Source of the DNA: Callorhinchus milii
Taxonomy: Eukaryota
Assembly (NCBI RefSeq): GCF_018977255.1
Contig: NW_024704742.1
Span: 113,586,001-113,650,000 of the forward strand
Direction of reading: 5' to 3'
Length of the DNA: 64,000 nucleotides
Shown here: piece after piece, positions 48,890 to 61,859 of the stretch
How positions within the stretch are numbered: the stretch's first letter is position 1
How the letters are laid out: each line of letters starts with the position of its first letter
Translations under genes and position numbers: made by a program
Notes under the pieces: generated by a model
Told to the model about the DNA's origin: nothing
Databases searched by the model: none
The model's input: only the letters and a program-made list of their open reading frames with translations

Positions 48890-49312
48890 AGGTTCAGTTG
48901 GTAGCACTCTTGCCTGTAAGTCAGAAGGTTGTGAGTTCAAGCCCCACGTGAGGACTTTGAACTCACATAGTCCAGGCTGACACTCCAGTGGAGTGCTGGG
49001 GAAGTGCTGCATTGTTGGAAGTGCTGTCCATCAGGGAAGATGTTAAATTGAAACCCAGTTGGCATGTTCAGGTGGTCATTAAAGATTTTATGGCACTATT
49101 TGAAGACAGCGGGAGTTTCTCCTGGTGCCCAGGATATCAACCCAAGATAAAATTGGTCATTCACTTCAGAACTGTTTTAGGGAAATTGCTGTGCACAAAT
49201 TGATTGCCATGTTCACCTTCAAATAGAGTCACTACATTTCACAGTAAAAACCTTGTGAAGAGCTTTGCCAACATGATCAGGCAATGTATCAAATACAACG
49301 ATAATATTATTA
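48890..49312 (+). mobile_element. SacSINE1-like DeuSINE, near full length
   Basis: TCAGTTGGTAGCACTCTTGCCTGTAAGTCAGAAGGTTGTGAGTTCAAGCCCCAC, followed by Deu core and tail. Confidence 0.9.
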
Positions 49313-49427
49313 AGTTTATTGAATGAGGAAGCCAAAATGTTACAAACAGCCTGATTTGATTTTTGTTGAAAGATGTCATTGATGATTAATTGGCCAAACC
49401 AAGAGACTTCAAGATCAGACTGATCAA

Positions 49428-49625
49428 AACATAGAAATATGGAAACATAGAAAAAGGAGTAGGCTATTCAGCCCTTAAGCCATTCTATAAGATCATGGCT
49501 GATCTGTACCTTAAGTTGAATTACATGCCCTTGTCCCATATCCCTTAGTACCCTGATCTAACAAATATCTACCTCCATCTTAAAAATGTGAATGGATCCA
49601 ACATCCACAGTCTTTTGGGGTAGAA
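49428..49625 (-). mobile_element. CR1 3' end (same tail type as 35997)
   Basis: CATAGAAA..GGAGTAGGCTATTCAGCCC..AAGATCATGGCTGATCT..CCCATATCCCTTA. Confidence 0.85.
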
Positions 49626-49664
49626 ATACGGCTGTATGTAATCATAAAATGACAGCCTTGTCAA

Positions 49665-49810
49665 TCAAAGTAAAATCAGAAATTATTTCTTCACACAGAG
49701 GGTTGTGAGATTGTGGAACACACTGCCCTGGGAGCCTTAGACACAAAATTGTTTGGGATGTTTAAAGGAAGATAGATAAATACTTAGGAGGTAAGGGTAT
49801 TAAAGGGGTA
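49665..49810 (+). mobile_element. CR1 3'-proximal fragment
   Basis: TTCTTCACACAGAGGGTTGTGAGATTGTGGAACACACTGCC (FFTQRVVRLWNTLP). Confidence 0.8.
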
Positions 49811-52397
49811 CCATCTCCCCTCACTGATTCTGAATGGGGAGGGGTGTGTGAAAGGAAGAAATCCAGCTTAAATCTTTTGTCAGCCACAGTTTATTTCTCT
49901 ATAACTAGTCGAAATTGTTGTTTGGAAAATAAAAAGTAAACTATCTTTCAGTATTCCATGTATTTCAAAAGAAAACCTATTAAATTGACAAGTGCCTGAG
50001 GGTGCCAGCCTTGATCACTGCATTTACTTCTGGTTACAAGTTTGTTTGAACACAATCAGAAATTACAGCTTCAGTGAGTAAGCTCCCCTTAATTGCCCAT
50101 AATACGCTATTACCAGCCTTTCAATAATTCAGCAGCATTGTGCCTTGCCAAAGTTCACACTAACTGCTGGAGCAGTTTTACAGTCACTGAATTGAGATTT
50201 CTCAGACAGACGCACTGTTTACGATACTCAGTGAGGCTATAATAGGGGCCTTACTCCTCAATGGTTTCCATTGTAACCTTGAGGTTGCTTACAGAAACAT
50301 TCACTGCACTTGACAGCAATTATTGTGAAACTCTTTGAGACATTTCAACATGATAAAGTGCTTTAAAAATACAAGCTCTTTCTTTAAGTGGATTATTCCT
50401 GTCAATGAAATCCTATTCTGACATCAGTGTCAAAATATCAACATCAATAATTTACACTTATGTAGCGCCTTTCACACGGAACGCCTCGAAGTACTTTATA
50501 AAAAACTCAGTGGGAGCCAGTGGGAGTGAGCTGTGGAGGAGTGGGAATTTGGTGGAGTGGGGGAGGGGTGTTGTGGGGGAGTTGTAACCCAAAGAGTGGG
50601 CAGAAGGTGTTGGGAGGTGCTTTAAATCCTTTGGAATGAGGGGGGGGAGGGGGAAGAGTCCCTGGAGCAGTCGAGGTCTTGGGCAGAGGTGAGGACCCTG
50701 ATGGAGATGAGGCCTTTGGTAGAGGTGAACAAAGCTGGGGGAGAGCAGTCAGAACCTGGAAGGAAAAGCTAAATGTGCAGGGCACCCCAAGCTTACTTAG
50801 TAAGAGGTTCTCTCCATGTCCTGACTAGGATGACTGCCACAGTAGCCATCTTGAGGCTTTGATCTAGTGCAGTAATGTAGGTCCTAAGTCATTAATTAGA
50901 TAGTGCTATAACATTCAATAATGTCTGAAGAGCTAACTGGTGGAGAGAAAATACTTACGTTGTATTGAATATTCCAATATTATGATACATTAAGTCATAC
51001 TTATAATGCTTATGGTAATAATACTTTCAATTGATATAATCATAACTGTTGCCTTTATTTTACACTGCGATTTCTGGATTTCACCCATGACCCAATACTG
51101 AATTGAGGTGATGTTTGCTTGAGGAGGAAAGAGGAAAATCAAAAGGCAATTCCAGTTTTCATGTGTCACCAAGGATTCAGAATTAGAGCTGACTTGGCCG
51201 AGACTTGCAAACAGTTGCCTTGTCTGATGTTGGAGGCAATCATTACATGTACAATAAGATGTGTACTATCACGGATGAAAAAAAGGAATATCTAAATCAA
51301 AATTATTGTGCACTCCATGCAGCCGTTTAAAATTCATGCAGCATCTCACTGTAATAGAGTGAGTCGTCAAAATGCAGCACAAACTGGTACTTGGTCACAG
51401 TGCTTAAACTCTTTAGAATTCACGTAGCAGTTTGCTCCTCACTGCGTCTTTGTCAGACTCTGAGAACAGCACTTTCTCCAGTAAATGAATCTTTGTTTTA
51501 CAACTTTTCAAATCAGTTGGAAAAAGTCCAACAGATCTTTTTTCCAAGAGATTAAATTCAGCAAAACTACGATACTAAGGTTCTTCTTAAACAATGATTT
51601 ATTTATATATTTGATTGTATTTAATTAAAACAGAGTAGACAATACAATAGCTTTCCTTATTCATATCTTTGTGGTTTGCACCATCCAAATAAAACAACCT
51701 TATCTGGAATCCCTAATATCTAAAATAAACAGTCAAAAACTTATTGGTCATTTCTGCCAGGTCTCTTCTGTGTAATATGGAATATAGCACCTTTTCATCA
51801 GTCTTATGTTATTCAATGTCTTCACTGTTTACAGTTCCTAGGGTAACACCAACACCAATAGAACATGTGAGATGAAAACCTACTCCACATACACATAGCT
51901 AAACAGCTCAGTCTATTTAGTGTAATGATACCACCCTGCTGACAAGGCATAGTAATCACTGAGGCTCCAGCAGAGTTGTATAAATACTCCCACTAATGTG
52001 CTGGAAGCATATTTTAACACTATAAGGTTTGTCTAAAAACCTGGCTGTATTCAGTAATGTCCAGGCCTTTGAGGTTTTGCAGTCATTATATCACTTTGTT
52101 TGGTCTGTTTTGCTGACTCTTATTTTAGATTTCCAGACTTTTAACGGAATCTATGGTTGGGGGAAAAGAGTAGGAAAAGAAGTGGCCCTTTCAACTCTGG
52201 GGCACAAGCTCTGGCTTGTTGGATGATGTTTGGCTCTGTTGGCTGTCAGTAAACTAAATTAAGTGAGTTTGAGTCACTTCAACCCAGCTTCAAGTGCTTG
52301 CAGGTCTACAGACACCAAAACCAAACAATGCTGGAAATCCATGGCAGCTCGATCATTGTGTGAACGAGAAAGAGAGGCCAATGTCAGCCTGAATAAG

Positions 52398-52810
52398 CCG
52401 ATATCACTCTTGCCTCTAAGTCAGAAGGTTTGGGTTCAAACTCTATGTCGGAACTTTAAACACAAGTCTTGGCGGATACTCCAATGCACTGCTGGGGGTG
52501 AGCTGCCTTGTCAGAGGTACAGTCCTTTGGATTAAATATTAAACTGAAGTTCCATCTGCCTGTTGAGGTGGATGTTAAAGATCTTATGGTACAATTTGAA
52601 AATAGAGGGGAATTTCTTACAGTGTCCTGGACAACAATCCCCCAGATTAAAAAAATCGGTCATTTACTTCCTGGCTGTTTGTGGCACATAAGTTGCTGCT
52701 GGGTTTGCTTACAACACACACTCACTGTATTTCACAGTAAAATCCCGTGAAGGTCTTAATAATCTCAACGATGTGATGAGGCGGTATATCAAAAACACGG
52801 ATTATTATTG
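52398..52810 (+). mobile_element. SacSINE1-like DeuSINE
   Basis: CACTCTTGCCTCTAAGTCAGAAGGTTTGGGTTCAA..GGTGGATGTTAAAGATC, followed by the tail. Confidence 0.8.
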
Positions 52811-54085
52811 TTTCTTATAAAGGACACACCTGAAGCATTCCTTCTCTCTTATCTGCTTTATCAGAATCTTCTGTTCTTTATTTCAGATTCCCAGGAATTT
52901 GTTTTTATCCTCACTAATTTAGCACCCACAGTGGCAAGAGCGGGAAATGAACAAAGATGAGGTCACATTTCACGGCAGTGTAAGGGCAGAGACCTCGACA
53001 CTGCTAATAAACTGTGGTCTATATGATGTGGGAGCACTTTCTGCTGATACTTAGTACAGTAAAGAGCCCATTAAATCTCATTCCAAGCAATCTCGCACGC
53101 AAGGGTGCAACTCTGCACATGTAAACTTTTGTGCCACTTTTTTGCAGCTACATTCCCATTTTCACATTGGAGCCTGATGCATGGGTAACTAGCATGTGGA
53201 TAATCCGTGTTCTACTGCACATAAAAATAAAAAAGTTGTCCATTTTAAATTTAGTAGAAATATGTTTATATTGCCTGCACTAATGTCACATAAGAGGAGG
53301 ATGGATGAAATGTCCCATTACTGGGCCTGGTTCTCTCTGTACCTTCATTGAAAACTTTTCAGATATAATATTGAAGCTATTAACTGAACATTCTTGTTCT
53401 TGTACAGATGACATTCACCCTTGACAGAAGGAAGGACTGTTCTGACTAGCTGTTCTTTTGTAGCTTTAAAAACAATGTCAATTTGTTCCATTTGTTTTGG
53501 AAAATAAATATTCTGTGGGTGTTGAAGACTTTAGATACACAATACCTGTCTGGTTCTATATGCAGTTTGTGCCTTGCATAGTAATGCTACATTCTCACTG
53601 AAAGAATTTTGGCTCACTTGCTCTATTCTTCTGCCAATACATAGACCAATTACTTGGCCAATAATTGAACGCCTAAAGCATAGCACTGCATTTGTTTTAT
53701 TAGTATGGCAAAGTCAATTGATATCTGCAGGATCAGATCATGTATAGTAATGTAAAATAGTAGGACTGAGTAAGTCAAAGCCAATCAATCTGATTAGTAT
53801 ATAATCTCCTACAATTTGTAACCAATTATTTTGTGAGGTTCTTTAGAAGACAAAATACGCATGAAATAAACAGCAAATTTGAGTGTTCAGATAAACCAGC
53901 AGATTGCTACAATAATGAGGAAATACCACTGCATTGTATATTATCTCCAGAGTGCTTGTTAATCTTACATAGTTGCAGAATTCACTGTGTTCTGTAGGCT
54001 GTGGGAGGAGGAAAATAGCCTGGCTCAGTTGGTAATATTCTCGCCGCCGATTAAGAAGGTTGTGAATTCAAGCCCCAAATTGAAT

Positions 54086-54312
54086 GGAGTCCTGTAGCTC
54101 AGTGATTAGAGCGCTCGCCTCGCAAGCGAGAGACCTGGGTTTGATTCCTGGCAGGGTGAAATATTCGGCAAGTTTCCTTACTCCACACGCCTCTGTTTAC
54201 CTAGCAGTAAGTAGGAACCCGGTTATTAGTCGATTGACGGATCGCTTTTCCGGGGGTAATAATTCCTTCAAAATAAATAAAAATAATTTATCAATCACTC
54301 AATCCACGGCAG
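54086..54312 (+). mobile_element. tRNA-headed SINE, long subfamily (B), 3'-truncated
   Basis: Same head as subfamily A plus the extra segment CTCTGTTTACCTAGCAGTAAGTAGGAACCCG. It directly follows a SacSINE1-like head (54017-54078). Confidence 0.9.
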
Positions 54313-55822
54313 GTTTTGCTTTTCCTTCTCCTATGATTAAGCCAAATTAAATAGCATTAAATCACTTGTTCTCTATTCAGGGAGAGCGAGGGCTGTCAAG
54401 ATTACTAAAGGAAGCTATAATAGGCTGCTGTATTGCTGGAACTGTCAGTTAATTATATTTTGCAAGAAGCAGATGCTGTGCAATTTTCTGACACTCATTC
54501 CATCCTCATATGCAAAAGCTGGTCGGTCCAACAATGTGATTGGAGACATGCAGCTGTATTGTCTGTTTGCACCCCGATTACTATTGAGTGAAATATAGCA
54601 CTTTAAGCAGAGGGAGAAAATGAGAGAAAAAAAGGCAGCCATGGTCACTCCCAATCACATTTACAAATCAACCTAAAAAAAATTCAATCTGATTCAAGGG
54701 TGTTATATAAAAGGCAAGTTGTTGTAGCCTTTCACGTCGGGGGAAAATCTCAAAGCACTGCACACAGCTGGCTAGGCCCCCAAGCTGCTGTGGGGAGGGA
54801 TGAGGCTAGGCAAGGAGGAAAGATTTACTGGGAGCAAATCTTTGTCTTCAATATTGAAATGATATTCAATGTAGGGTGTTTGGAACGTCTCTCTAGCCAC
54901 AGGCAGCCACATGTTTCTCAGCTGCCCAACCCTACAATTTGGAGCACTCTCAGTTAACCTTGAAAGTAAGGAAATAGTCATTTATCACAGCATTGTGGAT
55001 GTCTTTCAACAATAATCTCTGTCAGACAAAGTGAAGAGAGCAGGTTGCCATTATACAATTTTGTTTCAATATTGTAAATACTTTCTCAACATAATGAAAG
55101 GACAAATGTTCTGATAATGTAATCTAATTATCTTGCTGTATATGTTTCACTTAGAACCATATTTTCCCTGATGAAAGTCACTATAAATCATTGCGTTTCT
55201 GTTCAATGTCCAGGATGAATGTGGTTTTGCGGCCTTTTCATCCAGACACATAATAAACATGCTGATTTTGCATTTATCGAAATCTTTGTAATTTACAGTT
55301 ATTTTGACATATGAGTTCCTGCTCTTTGTACTTTACATCATACATATGCATTTCAACTTCTATTGCCAGCAGGGATTGGGGGAGGAGTGGCTGGAAGAAA
55401 TGGGCATTTTCCATCCAAATAGCCTTGGTTTAATATAAGCTTTTTATGCCCAAAGCAAAAAGTAACAGTTATTTAAATATGTACTGTGATTATGATATTA
55501 AAAATGAATTATACCATAGGGGAAATCTGTGACAATTCATCACAGATTCAATGCTGTAATTATCCCCCAATATGTTTGAACCACTCATACGGCGTTTCCA
55601 TATCTAACTAGCATCTAAATGCTGGGCTGTTGTCTGCGTGAAATGTAAGTGCCAGAAATGACACTCGCACTGTCGGGCTCATGTCCAACCATCTCTGATA
55701 CGTTTACCCCGAAGTACACTTGAATGAGGAAAGTGAACAAGGGCTGGCAAGGTAAGGGTTCAGTAAACCAACTGAAATACACACAAGAAAGCATTTGGGG
55801 ATTATGGTATGTTGCCTAGAAA

Positions 55823-56720
55823 ATCATAGAATCATACAGCACAAAAAGAGGCCATTCGGCCCATCGAGTTTGTGCCGGCTCTTTGAATAGAACAATTAAT
55901 GTCAGTCCCACTCCCCAGCCCTTTCCCCATAACATGTGGAGTCCTGTAGCTCAGTGGTTAGAGCACTCGCTTTGCAAGCGAGAGACCTGAGTTCAATTCC
56001 AGGCAGGGCGAAACCTTGGGCAAGTTTCCTTACTCCACACACCTAATAACAATCCCTCCAAAAAACAAAACAATAATAAATTGGTCATTTTCTATCCATG
56101 ACTGTTGTGGGACACTGCTGTGTGCAATTGGCTGCCGCGTTCGCCCACAAATATACAGTCAATTTACTTTACAGTATATTCTGTGAAGCGCTTTGGGACG
56201 TCTAGAAGACGTGAAAAGCGCTATATCAAATGCAAGGATTATTATTATTATTATTATAACCCTGCAAACCCGTCCTCCTCAAATACCCGTCCACCGCGTT
56301 TTTAAAAGTAGTTATCGAATCGTCCTCGACCACCCTTTCAGGCAATGCGTTCCAGATTCGAACAACTCGCTGCGGGAAAACATTTCTTCTCACCTCCCCT
56401 CTGCTTCTTTTAGAGACTATTTTGAATCTGTGACCTCGAGTCACCGACACACCCACCAGTGGATACAGTTTTTCCCTTTCTAAACAAATCCCCTCATGAT
56501 TTTGAAGACCTCCATTAAGTCTCCTCGTAACCTTCTCTGCTCCAATGAGAATAATCCTAACATCTCCAGCCTTTCCTCATAATCAAGGTCCCTCATTCCT
56601 GGCACCATCCTCGTAAATCTCCTCTGCACTCTTTCCAATGCCTTAACATCCTTCCTAAAATGTGGTGCCCAGAACTGGGCACAGTATTCTAACTGAGGCC
56701 TAACCAGTGTTTTATATAAA
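55823..56720 (-). mobile_element. CR1 3' portion interrupted by a SINE
   Basis: LYKTLVRPQLEYCAQFWAPHFRKDVKALERVQRRFTRM..LGLFSLEQRRLRGDL, TRGHRFK, tail ATCATAGAATCATACAGCAC. Confidence 0.95.
55938..56255 (+). mobile_element. tRNA-headed Deu SINE subfamily A, full length, TSD ATAAC
   Basis: Intact A/B boxes, anticodon arm CTCGC-TTTGCAA-GCGAG, Deu core and (ATT)n tail. ATAAC occurs at 55929-55933 and 56256-56260. Confidence 0.95.
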
Positions 56721-57404
56721 AAAAGAATGTGAAAAAGAAACCCTTCCATTATAAATGGCATGGTTTCTTTTTCAAACTCAAACTATAGCACTGCATTCAT
56801 AAAGAAAATCCTGGATTATTCTTTCATGCAATTTCAATTCAAGAAAATTCACTTGAATGTCGTTTTGTTGCTATTTTGAAGCAAAACTTTAGCATGACAC
56901 ACAACTGTTAAAGTAATGATTCCCTGATCTCTGCAGAAACTGTTTACAGTTGGTAGAAGAATTCAGACTATTAAGTGGAACCTACTCTTAGCACATCTTT
57001 GCCCTTGTCACTAATGTATAGCAATGTAGTCAGATTATATTTGATCAGATCTGGGTAAGGGATATTATCATATGCTTTGACATTGTTTTTAATAATTTTT
57101 CAGTTGCATGGTAATAAATTGTTTATTTTTTAATTCTTGGCAGAATATGTATTTTTTCGCTCTTTTACAAACCCCAATGCAGCAGTTCTATGCAGATCCA
57201 GTAAAAGTTTCTTTGTCTACATCTTGGCCTGTAGTGTCCCAATATTTTTGCTATGGCAACAAATAAACACTTTGCTTAAAGTACATCCTATTAAATCCCA
57301 ACACAAGTTTAACAAAAAATTAGTTTTCATCTGGGATAAGAAGTTTTAAATTAAAGACAGCTCTAAATATAAGACAAAGGTGTTGTGCAAGTGATTTTGA
57401 GCAA

Positions 57405-59030
57405 GGGAGTAACAGCTCCACCTCCTTGCCCCCCCTACTCACAGACATCATAAACCTCTCTCTGTCCACTGGCACCGTTCCCACCCCAAAAACGGCCGTC
57501 ATCACTCCTATCCCTGCTGGACCCATCACTGCTCTCAAATTACCGCCCCATCTCCAACCTCCCTTTCCTTTCCAAAGTCCTGGAACGATTCATTGCCTCC
57601 CAGCTTCGCTCCATCGTCTCCCACCACTCCATTCAGAACCCGTCCAATCGGATTTCTGTGCCACCCACAGCACTGAAACAGCTTTGGTCAAAGTGACAAA
57701 TGAGATTTTGTCCAACTGTGACCAAGGCTGTCTCTGCCTCCTCATCCTCCTTGACCTCTCTGCAGCCTTCAATACCATTAACCACTCTATTCTCCTCCAC
57801 TGTCTCTCCTCTCAACTCAACATTCGTGGTTCTGACTTTGAATGGTTCAGAACCTACCTCTCACACTGTCTCCACTTCATCTCCACAAACGGCTTCTCCT
57901 CTAGCCCCCGCACTGTCTTGGCGGTGTTCCTCAGGGCTCTGTTCCCTCCTCTTCAATATCTATATGCTCCCTTTTGGTGACATCATCCACAGACATGGGG
58001 TCAATTTCCACGTTTATGTGGATGACACCCAACTCTACCTCTCTGCCTCCACCCTTGACTCCAGGATCATTGCTATCCTGTCCTGACAGAATGTCTGTCG
58101 GATATCAGGTCCTGGATGAGAGCCAACTTTCTACAATTGACAAGACCGAGGCCCTCCTGATTGGCTCCCGTCAGCACCTCCTCACCTCAGGCACTGACAG
58201 CATCACCATCCATGGTTGCACACCCCACCTTACTAAGCCAGTCCAGAACCTTGGTATTTTGTTTGACCCTCAACTGTCCTCTCCCACAAAGGTACCTTCC
58301 CCACCTCACCGAGCCACTCTGGAACCTTAGCTTCTTGTTTGACCCTCAACTGTCCTTTCTACCCCACATCTGTGCCATGACCCGCTCTGCCTTCCCCACC
58401 TCAGCAACATCGCCCGGCTCCACCACTGTCTCACACCGCAGGCTGCCGAGACTCTCATACATGCATTCATAACTTCCAGGCTCGATTACGCAAATTCCCT
58501 GCTTGCCCACCTCCTCCCTCCATAGCTTGCAGATCATCCAGAACTCTGCAGCCCATGTCTTCTCCGCATCAGGCTCAGTGACCCTATCACCCCCATCCTT
58601 GTCTGACTCCACTGACTTCCCATCACACAGAGGATACAGTTCAAGATCCTGATCCTCACTTTCAAAGCCCTCCATGGCCTTGCTCCCACCTACCTCTGCA
58701 ACCTCCTAACCCCCTGCCAACCTGCCCGCTCCCTCCACTCAGCGGGCTCTGGCCTGCTTCAAGTCCCCATCTCACCCGCCCCACCATTGGCAGAGGGGCC
58801 TTCAGCCACTCTGTCCCTACCCTCTGGAACTTCATCCCACAGACCCATTTGAAGACCCTCGTCTTTGATGGTGTCTTTGGTCACACTCCTGCCCTCCACC
58901 CTCCCAGATCCCGACCCCCAGCTCGGTTCTGAAACACTGACTGTCCAGCGCCTTGGGATGTCCTCCCGAAGTGAAAGGCGCTATACAAATGTAATTTTGG
59001 TATTGTTGTTGTTGTTGTTGTTGATGTTGT
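57405..59030 (+). mobile_element. L2 LINE, ~1.6 kb, RT domain to 3' tail, frameshifted
   Basis: [48 protein letters not shown], stem-loop tail and (TGT)n. Confidence 0.97.
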
Positions 59031-59074
59031 AAGTATATAGGGTGAATACGAAACCAAACAGACCGGGAAAATCC

Positions 59075-59266
59075 TAGGATACAGAATACTGAGTCAGGAT
59101 CCATACTAGCTTTAAAGAGGAAACTAGATAGATACCTAAAAAGAATAATCTGCAAGAGAGTGGGGAAAAGGCAGGTAAATGGGACTGAAATAATTGCTCT
59201 TTTAAAGAACCAGCAGAAACATGATGGTCTGAATGGCCCTCTTCTTTGCTGTATATGTCTATGGGT
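59075..59266 (+). mobile_element. CR1 3' end
   Basis: TTTAAAGAGGAAACTAGATAGATACCT..ATGATGGTCTGAATGGCCCTTCT. Confidence 0.8.
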
Positions 59267-59329
59267 CTATTTGTTTTCTTGCAAATGCAGTCCCTACACT
59301 TCACAGTAAATTCTTGTGAATTTTTATTG

Positions 59330-59605
59330 GGAAATAATCCCAACAAACAAATAGAAAAGCAATAATAATTTGGTCACTCAATCCACAACTGTTTGTGGGA
59401 CACTGCTGTGTGCAATTGGCTGCCGCGTTTCGCCCACAAATATAAAGTCAATTCACTTTACAATATATTCTGTGAAGCGCTTTGAGACGTCTCGAAAACC
59501 TGATTGGGCGCTATATCAAATGCAAGGATTATTATTATTAAGTGCTTTGAGATATCTCGGCAATGTGGTAATGGCACTATATCAAATGCAGAGGTTATTA
59601 TGATT
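59330..59605 (+). mobile_element. 5'-truncated Deu SINE with a second SINE tail in tandem
   Basis: Deu core GGGACACTGCTGTGTGCAATTGGCTGCCGCGTT, then two successive G(C/T)GCTTTGAGA..CTATATCAAATGCA tails. Confidence 0.85.
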
Positions 59606-61859
59606 AAATATAAGTTGCCATGAATAAATTTCTAAGTTGATCCCTAGTCTGTGATTTGATCTGAATTGAGATATTAGAATTGGTTTCAGTTCCCTAGATA
59701 ATGGATTCCCACTGAACACAAGGCAGTGACATCTGTTAAACGTGTCCGTCAGCGTGAGGAAGTCAGGGGTAAAGAAGTTGAGTTTTACTGTGATGTCTTT
59801 TGCAGTCAATTAGCTTCCTGACCCACACTGATAGAATTCATACATGGCAAAATACTATTTAGATAAGGTACCAGGGGCCAACTGGTGCCCATGATCCTAT
59901 ATGTAAGGAATTAGAAAAAGGTAATCAAACAGCAGAGGAAAGGAAGAAGAAAAATGGGTAAAAAACTGCCAAGTCATTCCCAGAAGGATAATTTTTTAGA
60001 AGCAGTACATACAGTATATGCAGTTTTGTTGCAACAATCATATTATATGAGAGAGGTTCAGATGAACGGGCCTCTTTGGTGTATTCTTCCTATTATAGCA
60101 TCAAACTCTTTCTTAAAGAAATCCAGCTTCCTGCTTTCGACCATCTTTCCTGGTAACCTACCAGAGTCTTTATTTCTTTCCGCTTAAATAGATACTTCCT
60201 GCTGTAAGCCCTAAAATTACCTTTCAGATCCCTGAACCCATTCCTTCTTCTCCTGCTGCTTTGGTTTATTTAGAAGTATTGATCTAGATTCACTTTCTCT
60301 ATCCCTTTCAGCATAATATTATATATCTCTGTAGGTCCCTTCTCTTCTCAGGGCTGAAAAGACCAAGTCATAGCTCCTCTCTCTAACTTTGGTAAATTCT
60401 GCATTCTCCCATGGTAATTTGCTGCCAGCAGTAACTTAAATTATCTGGTAATAAGTGAGATGAAATCATGCAAAACATCTTAGCAACCAACCTTTTCCCT
60501 TATCCAGTGTGGCTTTGCTTCTGCTGGTTTCACTGTTATAAAATAGCTTGCAAAGCAAAACTAAGAAAGCAGCAACAACTCAAAGGGAAAAGAAGGGAAG
60601 CACTAGGTTAAATAAGAAGTATCAAGAGAATACTTTCATAACAAAATAATGTGAATTGTTAGTTTTTGTTTGTGTGGAGATCCGCTGTTTCACGTCTCCC
60701 TTCACATCAGGGAGAGAACCTAAAATGATGTCAGCCTCATAGGAAATCCCAGAGATTAGCATCTGAGCCAGGAACATTCAGTATAGGCCAAATTCACAGC
60801 AGTGTTTAATAATCATTGTTTTTAACCCTTCCTTATTAAATCAACAAGAACTCCATGCTGCATTGAATAAGGTTTAAAGGAGGATTCTAAACAAATAATG
60901 AATAGAGGAACACTTGGCAATCTTGACGAACTGCCTCATTTCTCAACCCATTGAACTATTAGACGCATATCATGCTCTCCTCTCATAAAATAGTGTTGAT
61001 TTAGCAATTTGCAAAAGAAAAGGAATTGGCATACAAGTTACACCAGCAGTGTCCACAAATGATGTAACACATCGTAAAATTGATGAATTCTTTCTCTGGA
61101 CAAAAAAACTACACATAACAAAACATCTTGAAAGTGCATTAACTTCTGGAGCTGGCCAGAGATTAATGCAAGTGTAAATCTGATAACTGTTAGCTTTCAA
61201 GGAAAATCAAGTTGCAAGATTTGCATAACGATCAAGACAAAAAAACAAAATTCTACCAATGGGGTTGTGAACCTTGAAGTGTGTTTGAATAGAACCTGGT
61301 TTTGCCTCCCATCCCCTCTCATGGGATGAAAGTCTTCGCTCTGCCATCTGTTAAGGTCTCCTGTAAAATTATGTTGAGTAGACTTTATCCAGTTCTTGCA
61401 ATAAATAATTGTACTGTACAGCACATAATGACACTTACTTTTGAAAGTAATAGCAATTTCACTCAGAAGGAGGAACATAGCTGGCATAGGAAATTAAAAT
61501 CTTACACAGGAGTAATATAAAAGAGCTAGGTTGTGCTGAATAAATATTTATATTCCTTTCATTGGATATAGTGCCTTATCTTGTTGTTGAGATGTTTCAA
61601 TGAGCTTCACAGGATATACTGTAAAGTGGTGTGACTGTGTATCTTGGGGGAGCATAATTATGCGTGAACTTGGAAGTTCCACTTATTTTCACCCTGTGCA
61701 ATACCTCACAGGGTAGTTCTCGGTGGTTATCTTAGCTTGATATGCACCTAAATGAAATGCAAGAGATAATAGAAAGGAAAACATGTCATTTGTAAATAAG
61801 ATTCAAACTTTTAATAATAACAATAGTAGTCCTTGCATTTGACACTGGGAGGACATCTC

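Noticed and set aside
54370..54452. Collagen-like exon (acceptor then GERG)
   Set aside because: Gly-X-Y periodicity ends after two triplets, and an in-frame stop follows without a donor.
55938..56010. tRNA-Ala gene
   Set aside because: It continues directly into a SINE body and tail, has no oligo-T terminator, and occurs as five dispersed copies.
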